Source of the DNA: Eledone cirrhosa
Taxonomy: Eukaryota
NCBI GenBank assembly: GCA_964016885.1
Contig: OZ024746.1
Span: 23,994,001-24,058,000, forward strand
Direction: 5' to 3'
Length of the DNA: 64,000 nucleotides
Position 1 is the first letter of the stretch, and the number at the start of each line of letters is the position of its first letter. The position numbers and the translations under genes were made by a program. Below the pieces are notes generated by a model. That model searched no databases. It had not been told where the DNA came from and was given only the letters and a program-made list of their open reading frames with translations. Positions 42,710 through 55,710 of this stretch are shown piece after piece.

Positions 42710-42824
42710 GAAGACCAGCAGTCACTCATGCATACCAGTCTCTTCTCTCCACGCCCCTGATGTCGTCTAAGGGAAAGGCAAAGGTTGATACTTGGTACCA
42801 GTGACGTTGCAGAAATTATACTGG

Positions 42825-43660
42825 TGCACTGATGCCCAAAGGAAAGAGGCCTGGAAATGTTACTATTAGAGATTGCTGAATGTAGAGAATGAATGGGAGG
42901 AAGACAGACTACCCCCAACTGAAGGACCAGCTATTGAAGTTGACAGTTATAGAGTCAAAGAAATGAAGAGTGGTAAAGTTGCAGGACCATCAGAGATAGT
43001 TGCTAAGATGCTAAAAGCATCGGTGGAGAAATAGGAGTCTATATATATAATTATTTATAACTAAATTAATTGAAATAGAGTGTATTTCATTAGAAATATG
43101 CTTACAAGAGTTAGCCTAACTATTGTTATTAATGAAGATTTTAGAGTCAGAGTACTTATTGCTAAGGTTAGCTTTGTCTTTCATCCTTATGGAGTTGATA
43201 AAGTAAAGCACGTGTCTATTTAATCAAACCGACATAGTCAATCAGGTAATACAGGACAGAGTCATACCCAATGACTGGTGAAGCAGTACAATCATAAATT
43301 GCTACAAGGGCAAAGGTGATGTTCTAGAAAGGAGCAACTACAGAGGAATAAAACTAATGGATTGAGTTATGAAAGAGTTATAGCATGTCAAATTAGATGA
43401 GATGCAGTTTGATTTCATTCCTGGGAAAAGTAATATAGATACCCTCTTCTTGGTGACAGAAGTCAGAAAGAAATGGAGAGCAACCATCAAAACAGCTGAA
43501 GACAAACACCAAAGAAGAAAGCTGTCCACCACCAAACCACCCACTGACCAAGTACACACATGCCCCAACTGTACCAGAGCCTGCAGATCCAAGATTGGCC
43601 TCTACAGCCACTTTGGAGCATGCCGTCACATAGAACAGGACAAGAATTATTCCCACTGAT
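42825..43660 (+). mobile_element. Degenerate RTE LINE internal fragments (linker and RT N-terminus) joined to a C-terminal zinc-finger-type LINE end
   Basis: RLLNVENEW...EGPAI, MKSGKVAGPSEIVAKMLKA, IPNDW.SSTIINCYKGKGD...NYRGIKLM, DEMQFDFIPGK, then CPNCTRACRSKIGLYSH. Many stops. Confidence 0.8.
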
Positions 43661-45361
43661 CTTTGCAAGCAAATAATTCATCATTCATATATAGATGTGT
43701 GTGTATGTTTATGTATATTGATAGAGAAAAACTAGAAAAACCTTTGATCCATCATAATTTTTTATTTAGCTTTATTTCGTTCTTTGTTTCATGAAAATAA
43801 TGAATAAAACATATAAACCAATATCGAACATTTTTGTTTGTTATATATTCACTTGAATCATTGTTGTTTCTCCTGTTATGTTGTTTCCAACAAAGCAGCA
43901 GATATATATATATATATATGTGGGTGTGTGAAAAAATATATATAACACACACATACACGTGTGTGTATATATAAATATATATATATATATAACCATCAAC
44001 AATTCATTGTACACCACAAATTATGAGATTATTTCCACTTTGCAGTCGTTAATGTTGAAATACAATTAACTGTTACAGTGTTGGGCAGTTGAGCAAAACA
44101 TAGTTGCATCATTCCACACTGGAATTAAAACATTGTAGGAGGAACGTATACACATACATATCCATGTATATATGTGTGCGTGTTTAAAAAGAAAATGACA
44201 TTACAATAGCCATGAGTTGTTTCTCTGTAAATTATTTTGAAAAGTCAACTTTTCCTCCAACAGAATTTATTTTTTAAGACTAGCTTTCTGAAACTTTATT
44301 TTTTTTATAGCTTTTTTTGAAAAATACATTTTCCTTTAAGTAAAAATACAGATAGCGCCACCTGAATAATTTTCATTTTTTTTTGTTTATTTATTTTTTA
44401 TTAGATTTAAGTAAAAATAAAATTGCATATATATATATTACTTTACAGTATTGTTTTTTAGATTTAGTTTGATTTTTCCATGTTTTTTTTTCTTTCATTT
44501 AAGAAAATTAATAAATGTTTCACAATGACTTTTGTATGTATAATGTGTGTGTGTGTATTTTATATATATATATATATATATATAAATATACAAATATACA
44601 TATATATATAAACATATATACATGTATTATATATATAAATAAACATACATACATACATATATAAATCAGGATAGAATCAGTTTAAAACTAAAACCATTAC
44701 TCAACAGAGTACTCGATACATGTATGTGTGTATATATATATATATATACATTTATATATACACACAAACATAGCTTGGCAAATGTTGTGCCATTGCGTTC
44801 AAGGGAGATAACTTTCGGTAACACTATTTGACAACATAGAATGAACAGCGTAGTGAAACATACAAATATAATCAAAGTTATTGATATTATCGTTTTTGTT
44901 TTTGATGCCATGAAATGTAATATTTATCGACCAATATATACTTAAAAAGCATGAAATATGCGTTTTCCCATATAGATTCTGTCTGGAAGGTGTGTGACGT
45001 GTACAACAACGAACAAACGTGATTTAAAAATAAAATTTAAGACTTTCTCGTACGTCAGTGATTATACCTGGGGTATACGGAGAACTGGGACTCCATAGAT
45101 GTAGAATTGGGAGGTCCATGAGCTAAATTTGAAATGCTTTGTTATAAACAGAATTTACATTAAATTGTTTATTTGATTTAATAATCAGTAAATGTGAATT
45201 ATTTTAATTTCTTTGCAATATCCTTTAGAAAATTCAGGTTTGAATCTTCTCTGAAAACTTCTTGCATTTATCTTTATTATTTGTAAACTATAGATAGCTT
45301 GAAATTACAAATACAAATGCCACAGGTGTCGAAATTCTACAAACATATATATCTCTATTGC

Positions 45362-45583
45362 TTGCCAGGAATTACCAATGAGCTGTATTTTTGCCAGCCT
45401 GTGGCGTTCGAGACATTTGGATAATTTGGGCTGCTGACAATGAAGTTCTTGTCACCATTGACGGATCGCCTTACTGGGGTATCCAGTGATGCCCGTGAGA
45501 GTGCTTGATTGTTCCAGCATCGCAGCCACACTACCACCCACGGTAATGCTGCCACTGTGTTGGCTTGCCTCAAAAAGTATTAG
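45362..45583 (+). mobile_element. C-terminal restriction-like endonuclease fragment of a CRE-like non-LTR element
   Basis: Hand translation: FCQPVAFETFG*FGLLTMKFLSPLTDRLTGVSSDARESA*LFQHRSHTTTHGNAATVL. Resembles the P.A.ET.G..G...GD.RE...L.Q......GNAA.VL end of CRE-clade elements. Confidence 0.7.
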
Positions 45584-45703
45584 AGGGAGGCCCTGGTATC
45601 CTTTGTGGTGTGTGACCGATAGACACACATTACTTAGTGTTGACTTAATATTTCCTTTCATTTTGATTCTATATTTTCATGTGAAATATTCATATAATTT
45701 AAA

Positions 45704-45885
45704 TAATTGTTTCGACTTTAGGCACAAGGCCAGCAATTACCCAGTGCATTACTGGTACTTTATTTTATCGACCCCGTAAGGATGAAAGGCAAAGTAAACC
45801 TCGGCGTGATTTGAACTCAGATCGTAAAGGGACGTAACTATGCTGGAAAGCATGGCGTCCGACCCTCTACTGATACTGCCAATAA
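45704..45885 (-). mobile_element. Young SINE copy
   Basis: Near-identical to 27085-27269. Confidence 0.9.
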
Positions 45886-47654
45886 TGGAGATATATATGT
45901 GTGTATGTGTTGAATTTCGACACCTGTGGCATTTGTGTTTCTAATTTAAAGCTATCTATAGTTTATAAGTGATGAAGATAAATTCATGAAATTTTCTGTG
46001 TTATAAACATAATATCCACACACTATATGGTATATATACTTCTCTTAAGTATAAACATTTCCCTACTTTGTTATTCTCACTGTATAACAATCTGGGAGAG
46101 GAGTGATTGTAGTAGAGTATGTATTTTGAAAAGATAGGGATCTATGGGAAAATTCATTTAAATAAAATGGGTATTTGGTAAGGAAAAGGTTGGGAACTAC
46201 TGAAGTACATTGAAATAATTCTGTCCCCTTCTTTATAAAAATTTGTTCATTAAGAGTAAAAAATTTCTTCTTTAATTTGAATTCAAGCAAATGAGACAAG
46301 AAGCAATAGTGTAGTAAGTAATCAGATTTTGATAAAACATTATTTAGTTTGGTGTTAATTGAGCATTATTATCATTATTGTTATTATTATTAAGAGAAAC
46401 TGCTCCCTAGCTCACCAAAAAAATATATATTGAAAAAAATTATGAAATTTTTACAGAAAAAAAATACATTGGTTCGTTTTTTTGAAGCATTGAGGTCATT
46501 TGAACATGTTTGCTTTTTGTAAAGCTACCACAATACAAATGAGTTATCAAAAGTTGAGCAAATTACTCCTGGAGACCAAATCGAACCTCACATCTGTTGT
46601 ATACAACAGATGTATGGTTACATTTTTGCTGGCTTGTCTCCTTCTCCAGGGGTATTATTTTACACATGGTTTGACTTTATCCCTGATCCCAAATAATAGG
46701 GGGTGTAAAAAAAAAAAAATCGATAATTTTTCTAGGTTGCCTCCCTTTATTTAAAAAAAAAACAGAATTAGTTGTTTAGTTTAGATATTGGAATCCCCAA
46801 CCCATCTTATTTATTTTATAACGAATGAGATTTCTTGTAATGTTCTTTTTTGTCATGTATAATGTTTTTTATTGTCTAAAGAAAATTAATTGTCACAGGA
46901 ATGCTACCACTTAAAATAAAATCTAGCTGGAAATAGATTATCCAAATTTAATAAGCAGGGGTGGGGGTGGAAAAAAATAGAAAAAATAAATAAGTGTGTG
47001 TGTGTATGGGGGGGGGGGGGGGGATATTCCGAGAGTATATATAATTCATCTGCATTGTAGTAGCTTTACAAAAACAAACAAAATTAAAAATTGTTATGAA
47101 ATATGTCAATAAAAAATGGCAGGTAGTTGATCCAAAAATTTTCTTTTTAGTGAAATGAAGCTGGAGAAGATGAAATAATGCCAGAAGGAAATTTCATACT
47201 TAGAATACTGAAAAGATTTGCGAAGTTTTAGTTAAAATGTGGTGGTGGTGGTTGTAGGAATTTAACTATTCAGTTTGCTGGCTTCAGTTACTGCTGTAGT
47301 ACTGTCTTCAAATGACATATCTAAAAACAAGAAAGTAAAGGGACAGAAAAATATACAAATCATTATTAATTAATAATTAATTGATAATTTTTAATTAGTG
47401 TTGATAATGATAAAACATATCAACACTATACTTTATTTTACAAAAACCGTTCTAAAGTTTTTATATTTATCTAAGAACCTTTGTTATGTTATGTTCCAAA
47501 CACCAGGTTGATAATGAGAAAGTCAGTTATATTACTAAATTCCTCCAAGGCAGTGTCTTTTGCGAGAAATATAGTAAAGAAAAGGGTTAAAGTTACAGGA
47601 ATCACTTGAAAGGTTAAATAATGGCACATATTAGATATATTATTCCTGACTTAC

Positions 47655-47950
47655 TTATCTGCCAGTGCTTCCCACTTTATCCTATAGGCTGAACTGAACC
47701 TGCAAGTTCTGTGGGCTCTCTTGGATTTAGGTAATCTCAGGCTGCAAATAACTAGATGGTGATAATTTGACAGCTCAGCCCCTCTCTTAACATGAATATC
47801 CAGTACAGAATCAAAGAAATCAGGGACAATAATAAAATCAATTATTGATCTCTGTCTCCAATACTCCTTATAGCATTGTATTTATGGATGTCTTTGTACT
47901 GGAAGAAAGTGTTCTTAATAGAGTACTACAACAGCAGTATAATAAGGTCT
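47655..47950 (-). mobile_element. Degenerate APE endonuclease fragment of an RTE-clade (Rex3/Expander-like) LINE
   Basis: Minus-strand translation NTFFQYKDIHKY...RSIIDFIIV....SVLDIHVKRGAELSNYHHLVIC...RIKWEAL. Confidence 0.75.
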
Positions 47951-48728
47951 CTCAATTCGTATTTAGACAGAGATTGCTCTTCCTTGTCAGGTAGTCAGTA
48001 TAATTATTATATATTTACCCTTTCTCACAAAGGGATGGGGTTATTTTCTATGTCTTCAAACAAAATGAATTTAACAAGGTGCTATTTAACATCTAGACTA
48101 AAATTTTAAACATAGTTAATGACAAAGCAATGAGACTATTTACCTGACTTTCAAGAGCAATGAGCAAGTGAAGGGACAATTAGGAATAATATACAAAACC
48201 TTTACTCACAAAACTGTACCCAGTACATGGGGAGGCAGAACACAAAGGTAACAGAGTCATAGCCAATGACATCAACTCCTGGGTCATAGTCATAGTTGCC
48301 TTTGTTAAACAGTATAGGTATGTAATTAGTGCCAAAGTAAGGAGAAATTATCAGGAGGGGTCAGTACGAACATGCAAGTACTCATGACCCCCAGCACTAT
48401 ATGGCCATTCCAGAACTCTTGCCAATTGTATTCTTCCATCTTCCAATAACACCCTAACCCCCAACCCTAGTGCCATACAATTTACAGGTGTCACACAAAG
48501 GACTATCTTATTGAAAATAACTTCTGCCAGCATGGCCTCAGCCTTTTGGTTGGAACATGTAATAGAGTAATTTACAAAAACCCTTTAATACCAACCCAAC
48601 CAAAACCAGCTCTGGTTTTATGAAACAAAATCACCCATTTTAAAGAGTTGGTACCAAAATTTAAATCTTCCAATATAATTTTATATGAGAACCATATGTT
48701 AAGTTACTATTCTATTAATGAAATAATT

Positions 48729-48916
48729 GTTTCTACTTTTGGCACAAGGCCAGCAATTACCCAGTGCATTACTGGTACTTTATTTTATCGACTCCGTAAG
48801 GATGAAAGGCAAAGTTAACCTCGGCGGGATTTGAACTCAGAATGGCAAGGGCCGTAACTCTATGTGTCAAAGCATGGATCCGACCCTCTACTGATACTGC
48901 CAACCCACTGCCCCTT
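48729..48916 (-). mobile_element. SINE inserted into a MITE, 16-bp TSD
   Basis: TSD tattaatgaaataatt at 48713-48728 and 48917-48932. The host is a copy of the TTAA-CCC MITE family. Confidence 0.88.
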
Positions 48917-51900
48917 TATTAATGAAATAATTAATAACTCTAATAAATCCCTTAAAACCTCTTCATTAATTAATTGAAATTGATGGTATTTTATTAGAAA
49001 TACTATCACAAAAATGTAAACATTTGTAAATAAAAATATAATTTAGTCAACCAATATTGGCTGTTCTTCGATGGGCAGAGCTGAGATATACCACCCCAAC
49101 AAGGGTTACTGTCTGTTCCACCATCCCTTCCCTTTATTTTCATTATTTAATTTTTTCTTCCTAATATATTGTTAAAGCATGGAACATTTTTATTAAAAGT
49201 TTGAAAGACAATTTTTGGTGAAATGCTTGTAACATTAACATTTATTGTAAGCTCCTGCTAGATAGCAACCAGTAAATATGAAAGCAACCAATGCTTAGCT
49301 AATGATTCAGCAAATTTTTTTAATGTCTATACTATTCGACAGATCATTGTGAAAATTTGCAGCATGATCTGTTACAATGATTCAGCAGAAAATATCTAAA
49401 AATTAATTTCTTAATTCAAATGTTTATATTAGCTTTACTAGCAAACAGATGATTGTGAAAATTTACAGTATTAGAATTTTTAATGTGATGCAGTCGTCGT
49501 TTTGTAGCTTCTGAAAATGACTTGCTAATGTGGTTTCATGTGTTACAGGACGTTCAGAGTTAATATACAAGGGGACATCAGATAACTTCTATAGTATAAT
49601 TAAATTATCTGTTTAGAATGCTACTACTACTTGTCTCCAATAGCAATCAAGGATGACTTAGTATTATGTACCATGATTTAGATGTCTATGTAGCTGCGAG
49701 CAGACAGCGACCCACTCTAAACCTTCCCAACTATGAACCAGTAGAACATTCAAGATATGACAGATCAAGGGAGAGAGAGAAGGATGTACCAGCACTGGGA
49801 TGGTACATTTTTTTATAGAGCCCGGAATGATGAAATGCAAAGTAGACATCAGCAGGAATTCAACTCTGAGCACAGAGAACTAGAACAAATATTGTGACTA
49901 TCTGATGCTCTAATAACCCAGCCAATGGACTACCATACAGAATGCTATACTATACACCATCATATATATTCAATATGTACAGTTGCGAGAATGATAAAAG
50001 TTCACTATATATCACCACCACCATCACTATCACCATGCCAATGACAACAACCACCATCACCATACCAACAACAACCCTCACTAGTACCACCACAGATGTT
50101 GTCTTCACTACATTAGTCCTTTTCTACGTTATCAACTTACAAAATTAATATTATTTTTAAAAATGTTAAACCATGTGTACCCCATTACTGTGTGTACCTG
50201 GTTTAGAATAGGTACACCATATCCCTGCATGTCACAAGAGGCAATTGATAACGTTGACACCAAGAAGGGCAACCAGTCATCATAAAATGTTGCCTCAAAA
50301 AGAACCTCATGGTGTGTATGACTAAAATGGTAAAGGGGCCCACAATGCTAACCCCTGTTTTAGCAAGGAAAGTGACATAAAAACGCTCTATTTGGATACA
50401 ATCATCATCCTCATCTGGTTTAATGTCTTCTTTACTTGTAACAAGCATTTTGGTAGCCTCTTTCAAAGCATCTCTCGAGAGAGTGTTCATTCCAGTGAGA
50501 GGCAACCATTTTATTTTTCCTAAATCTCAAGACATTTTAATATCTTTCTTGTTGATTCCATTCTTGGATTGAATGGAATACTTAACCCTTATGTAAACTT
50601 CATGTGAAACTGTGGTATGGTTTTAACCTTTTTAATACCCAACCACATGAAACCACCCCTAGTTCTACAATAAAAAGCTGTTTATATTAAAGTGTCTATA
50701 TTTCTTTAAAAACCTTCCACCATAATTTTATGCAAAAAACTTTCTTAAGTTATCTTCCTAACTTAATAATGAGAAAGTCAGATATATTGCTAAATCCCTC
50801 CAAATTCATGATCGGTTTAAAAATTATAGGCAGTGTCTTTCATTAGAAATACAATAACAAAATGGTTTAAACTCTTTCTTCCCATGTGAACCAATTGTAT
50901 TAATTGCTTTTCTTTGTCTCCTCACAGTACTACTACCCCCACCCACACTTTAAATAGTTATAGTACTTGGTGTCGTTCATTTATTAACATGTTTAACAAT
51001 AGTAAATATATGGCAACAAATTCAAATTAATCAGTTAAGAGAAGTAAATTACAAGCGATCTACTGACCTAGTAACTCTAGAAGACCAACAAACTAATTAT
51101 AAATACTGTAGAATAATAATACTCCATAGTGATTTCAAGATGAATACATTTGAAACAAAATATCCTTCACAGTGAAGACAATTAAGATCAAAATGAAATA
51201 TAATAAAAATAGGAAATAGCATTAGACAAATAATAAAGAAAGTTGCCCAAAATAAACACCAGTGGCAGTATTTGCTTGAGCTTCAGTTTCAGTTAAGCCT
51301 CATTGAAGTTATTAAAACTCTATAATTAATTACTGAATAATTTGTAATTTCTTTGGAAGCTATTGATTATATTAATTCTGACCCCCACCTATCCTTCCCA
51401 ACCACCATTCCTCAGGTACACCCAACCTTTCTTTATATAATGTACTGATTTCCTTGTTAACAATGGCTTTTATCATAATATGATATTGATATCAATCCAG
51501 GCAAGCAATTCACTGCAGGGTTTTATATTCCAGGAAATCAATCTCATATCTTGTTCTCCACATTCAATTGAAATTATGATTTAAAAAAAAAAAATGCATA
51601 TTTATATTTATAATGCTTCTCAACTGCAACCACCATAATAACAAAAAAAAACAAAAAAACTACAATAGTTTGTGATGTTTACACACAAAAAATGACAATT
51701 ATTATTATTTGTTATCATTACTAATTTGGTGTTGTTTTCTCATTTTTTTTTAATCAATGAGCAATTTATGTAAAATAAAATAAAAATAAAATTTTTGGAA
51801 GATATTCATGAAAGATGTTTTTTCTCGGTTATATAATCTTTTAAAATTATTTGCTGATTTTTTCTTTTAGAAACTAAACATTATAAAAAGAATGGATATG

Positions 51901-52352
51901 CATCAACTTCTGTTTAGCCATTAATCTGACTGATAATTACCTCAAAAATAACAGAGAGAATGAGAGAGGATGTCAACATTTCCATTGATGAAAAAAGGTT
52001 CAAGAGTTTAAAAAATATTTACACAGATCTAAAATATTTTTTTTTACAATAAACATTTTCAAATGTTTCACAGATCAAAGTAAATTTTCTATCATAATGA
52101 CAATTACAATTTTCACATGGATATCAACATGAATTCTTGCATTCACTGCAAGGCAGAATGTTCCACAGACACTTTTAAAAGTTACATGTCACAGATGTTA
52201 CTACTTATGTCCAGTTATTACAAAGACACCATCAAAATGAAATATTACACATTCTAGCAATATTTTGCATTAATTATATAATACAACACACACCTGTCAT
52301 AGATGCTACAATAATTAGCCATCACAATGATACTTGTAAATACATTATTTAA

Positions 52353-52589
52353 CCCTTTTGATACCAAACCCCCTGAAACCACTCCCAGCTCTAGACTATA
52401 AGACTTTATTTTAAAGGTGTTTATATTTATCTATAAAATCTTCAATCACAATTTTATATAAGAACTTTTAAGTTATGTTCCAAACAATAACTTAATGAGA
52501 AAGTTAGATATATTATGAAAAATTGTTATTTCAAAATTATTTGAAAAATATAGGCAATGTCCTTTATTAGAAATATGGTAACGAAAGGG
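52353..52589. mobile_element. piggyBac-like MITE (about 240 bp), representative of many dispersed copies
   Basis: ttaa|cccttttgatacca ... tggtaacgaaaggg|ttaa, i.e. TTAA TSD and CCC/GGG termini. Related copies near 4030-4418, 12155-12965, 34957-35147, 37135-37465 and 50625-50868. Confidence 0.8.
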
Positions 52590-53977
52590 TTAACACTTAG
52601 TATGGTGGCCTTTTTAAGTATTAAGTGAAAACCACTAGCAGGTAATTGTCAAAAACAATAGAAAAGCATTACATTTTGAGGCAGATATATTGTCCTTGTA
52701 GCCTTTTCAGCTATGTCATCGAGTCCAAGATATCAACCTAGCAGTGCTCTAAAGATTAAGCTCTGTGACAATGAAGAAAAAGGTAACAGCACAGTAAGCT
52801 CTAAGGAAAGACAGGTGTATGTGTGATACCAATAGCAAAAATAGAACACAAGACTAACAACAAATATTATTATTATTAGTAAATGAAAACAGCTATTTTA
52901 TAATTTATTCTGAAAACCTGGAAAATCAGTCCAGAAAATATAGAAATGCAATTTTAAAATTTCCCTCCAGTCATCTTTAGTGTCTTGTGTAAAATGCAAG
53001 TGATCTTGAACTCAGTTTGCAGCCAAGTTTATCATACACGCACACACACACACACACACACATATTTGTATACACAAACACACTCATTTGTACACAAACA
53101 CATGCACACATTAAATAGAAACAGGCATGAATTAAAAGTAATATCAATTCATTCATAAATCGTTTTAATCTCTTAATTGTAACATCATTAATTTTTATAC
53201 ACACATACACATTAATATATGTATTCTTACACACACACATACATATTTATATATGTATTTTTACATGCACACATACATATTTATATATGTATACTGTATG
53301 TATCCTCTTTAGAATAGAGAAATCTAATCTGTGTGTGCCGTATGAGGCAACTAATACTTTTGGCACCAGGAAGGGCATCAGGCTGTAAAACATTGTCTTA
53401 AAAAGGAGGTCTTCAAGATGAATATGAACCCCATCATGAGGCCTACATTGTTAATCCTTGCTTTAGCAAGGATAGTGGTCTTAAAACACTTGTTGTTGTT
53501 GTTTATGAAACATAACACTTCATTCTCAATGCCTCACTACATTTCCTTTTTTTTAAAAATAAGGTTCTATCCTTGAAATATCATGAAATATATAAGGTAA
53601 AAGTGTAAACTGTTCTTTTGTTTTATTGTTCTTCATTTACTCTATTCTAGTTTTAATTATTGTACTTCTAACTTGCATTGTACAGGTTTTCCCAAAATAA
53701 TATTAATCACATATCTCACAATACTTGCTATAAACTATACTGCTTTGTTTACATTAAGCACTTTCAGCATACAGGAAGAAAGTCACTACTTGGAGCTTCC
53801 ATAACATCAAAAAATAAGTATGAAATCATACTAGTAAATAGACAACAATTTGCTGGGTAATTAATTTAAACTTCTAATTACTATTTTCACTTACAACAGA
53901 ATGTGAAACATTCTGAACATATTTCAATTGGTATTTGAGAATGTTCATGAGAATGTTCAATTCTTAATGCCAGCCAC

Positions 53978-54263
53978 CTGGAGAAGGGGTAAACTATCTG
54001 TTGGTCTTTTAGGCTAATTACTTTCCCATGAGAGGTCAACCTACTGGAGAAGTGATATACTATCTGTTGGTCTTTTAGGCTAATTACTTTCCCATGAGAG
54101 GTCAACCTACTGGAGAAGTGATATACTATCTGTTGGTCTTTTAGGCTAATTACTTTCCCATGAGAGGTCAACCTACTGGAGAAGTGATATACTATCTGTT
54201 GGTCTTTTAGGCTAATTACTTTCCCATGAGATGTCAACCTACTGGAGAAGTGATATACTATCT
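53978..54263. repeat. 66-bp minisatellite, about 4.3 copies
   Basis: ctggagaagtgatatactatctgttggtcttttaggctaattactttcccatgagaggtcaaccta repeated. Confidence 0.95.
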
Positions 54264-54744
54264 AACTATCATAACTCCTGATGTGTCACCAATTTTCCAG
54301 TGCCTGGAGGTGAGATTTGAACTCAGAATAAACAGAGCCAGAACATATTCTGCAAAGCATCATATCCAACTCTTTAATGACACCACCAATCCACTGCCCC
54401 TGGTCAGCTACTTATTTAACATTGAAATGATAAAAGGTAAAGTTGACCTCAGCAAGATTTGAACTCAGCATGTAGACGGTTAGACAAATGCCAAGGCATT
54501 TAATCTGGTGCTCTAATGACTTAATTGAAACAACTATTTCATTGATCTCCTTTTGTTGACCTGCTAAATTATCAGACATAAACACAGAAATAGACATACA
54601 CACATACGACAGGTTTCTGCATATTTTCTGTTGACTAAATTTCACTCACAAAGCAGTGGTCAATCTGAGGCTATAATAAAAGCCTTTTATCCAAGGTGTC
54701 ATACAGGAGGACTGAACCTGAAACCACTGAGTAGCTAAAATAAT

Positions 54745-54921
54745 TATTTCTACTTTAGGCACAAGGCCAGCAATTATCAGTGCATTACTGGTACTTTATT
54801 TTATCGACCCCGTAAGGATAAAAGGCAAAGTCAACCTCGGCGGGATTTGAACTCAGATCGTAAAGGGACGTAACTATGCTGGAAAGCAAGGCGTCCGACC
54901 CTCTACCGATACTGCCAATCC
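54745..54921 (-). mobile_element. Young SINE copy with 15-bp TSD
   Basis: TSD agtagctaaaataat at 54730-54744 and 54922-54936. Confidence 0.92.
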
Positions 54922-55284
54922 AGTAGCTAAAATAATGGGCAGTGGTTAACATTCTGAACAGGCATGGCGTGTCCAAACTTTGGACTTACAGACAAGTTTG
55001 TTGATCTCTCTGAAACATCTTAAGTTAGGTGAGGGTTTTGTAAGTTGGAAGCTTTGGTCAGTATATATGAAACACACAGTTAAATATTCATCCTGACCTC
55101 CACATATGTCCAGATATGTCTCTCCAAATACATAGTTAAATATTCATATTGACACACAACTTGTGTCCAGGTGCATCCCTCCAAACACATAGTTAAATAT
55201 ACATCTAGATATATGACCTGATTCCAGATATGTCTCCCCAAACAGTAATGTCTACTTTGAACACACAACAGTCAACTCTGTAAA

Positions 55285-55410
55285 GTGGTGGCATTGGTGA
55301 CATGATAAAATTCACCCAGTACACTCATGGTGGCATTGGTGACATGATAAAATTCACCCAGTACACTCATGGTGGCATTGGTGACATGATAAAATTCACC
55401 CAGTACACTC
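55285..55410. repeat. 42-bp tandem repeat, 3 copies (SINE/LINE-UTR derived)
   Basis: ggtggcattggtgacatgataaaattcacccagtacactcat. Confidence 0.85.
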
Positions 55411-55537
55411 TTGGTAGTTCCTGGTATACACCTGGTATACTTTGTAGAGGTAGTACTGATGTCATGATAAAATACACCCAATACACTCTGTAAAGTGGTA
55501 ATGACAATAAAATGTACCTTGTACACCCTGCAAAGTG

Positions 55538-55710
55538 GGCATGCCTACAAAGTCAGAAAACAGCACAGCTCCCATGACTTTTGGAAACATTTTTTCATGC
55601 TCGGAGTTGCTGAAGCATGGAACAAACTACCTGCATCAGTTGTTAACTGTCGAGACACTGCATCCTTGAAAACCTCCATGCTTCCTGAGATTCGCCAACA
55701 CTACACCTGA
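55538..55710 (+). mobile_element. Short 3' fragment of the same CR1 family
   Basis: GHAYKVRKQHSSHDFWKHFF...EAWNKLPASVV...PEIRQHYT matches the C-terminus of 41769-42709. Confidence 0.9.

Larger units (their letters stand above)
45258..45997. repeat. Inverted repeat (about 100-110-bp arms) enclosing a LINE fragment and a SINE
   Basis: aaactatagatagctt.aaatta.aaa.acaaatgccacaggtgtcgaaattc (about 45287-45337) versus gaatttcgacacctgtggcatttgtgtttctaatttaaagctatctatagttt (about 45912-45964). Confidence 0.85.

Noticed and set aside
50203-50505. 100-aa minus-strand ORF with acidic stretch
   Set aside because: Largely SINE/RTE-tail sequence (gatgatgat) with no recognisable domain.
53887-54237. 116-aa ORF with 22-aa repeats
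   Set aside because: Translation of the 66-bp minisatellite.
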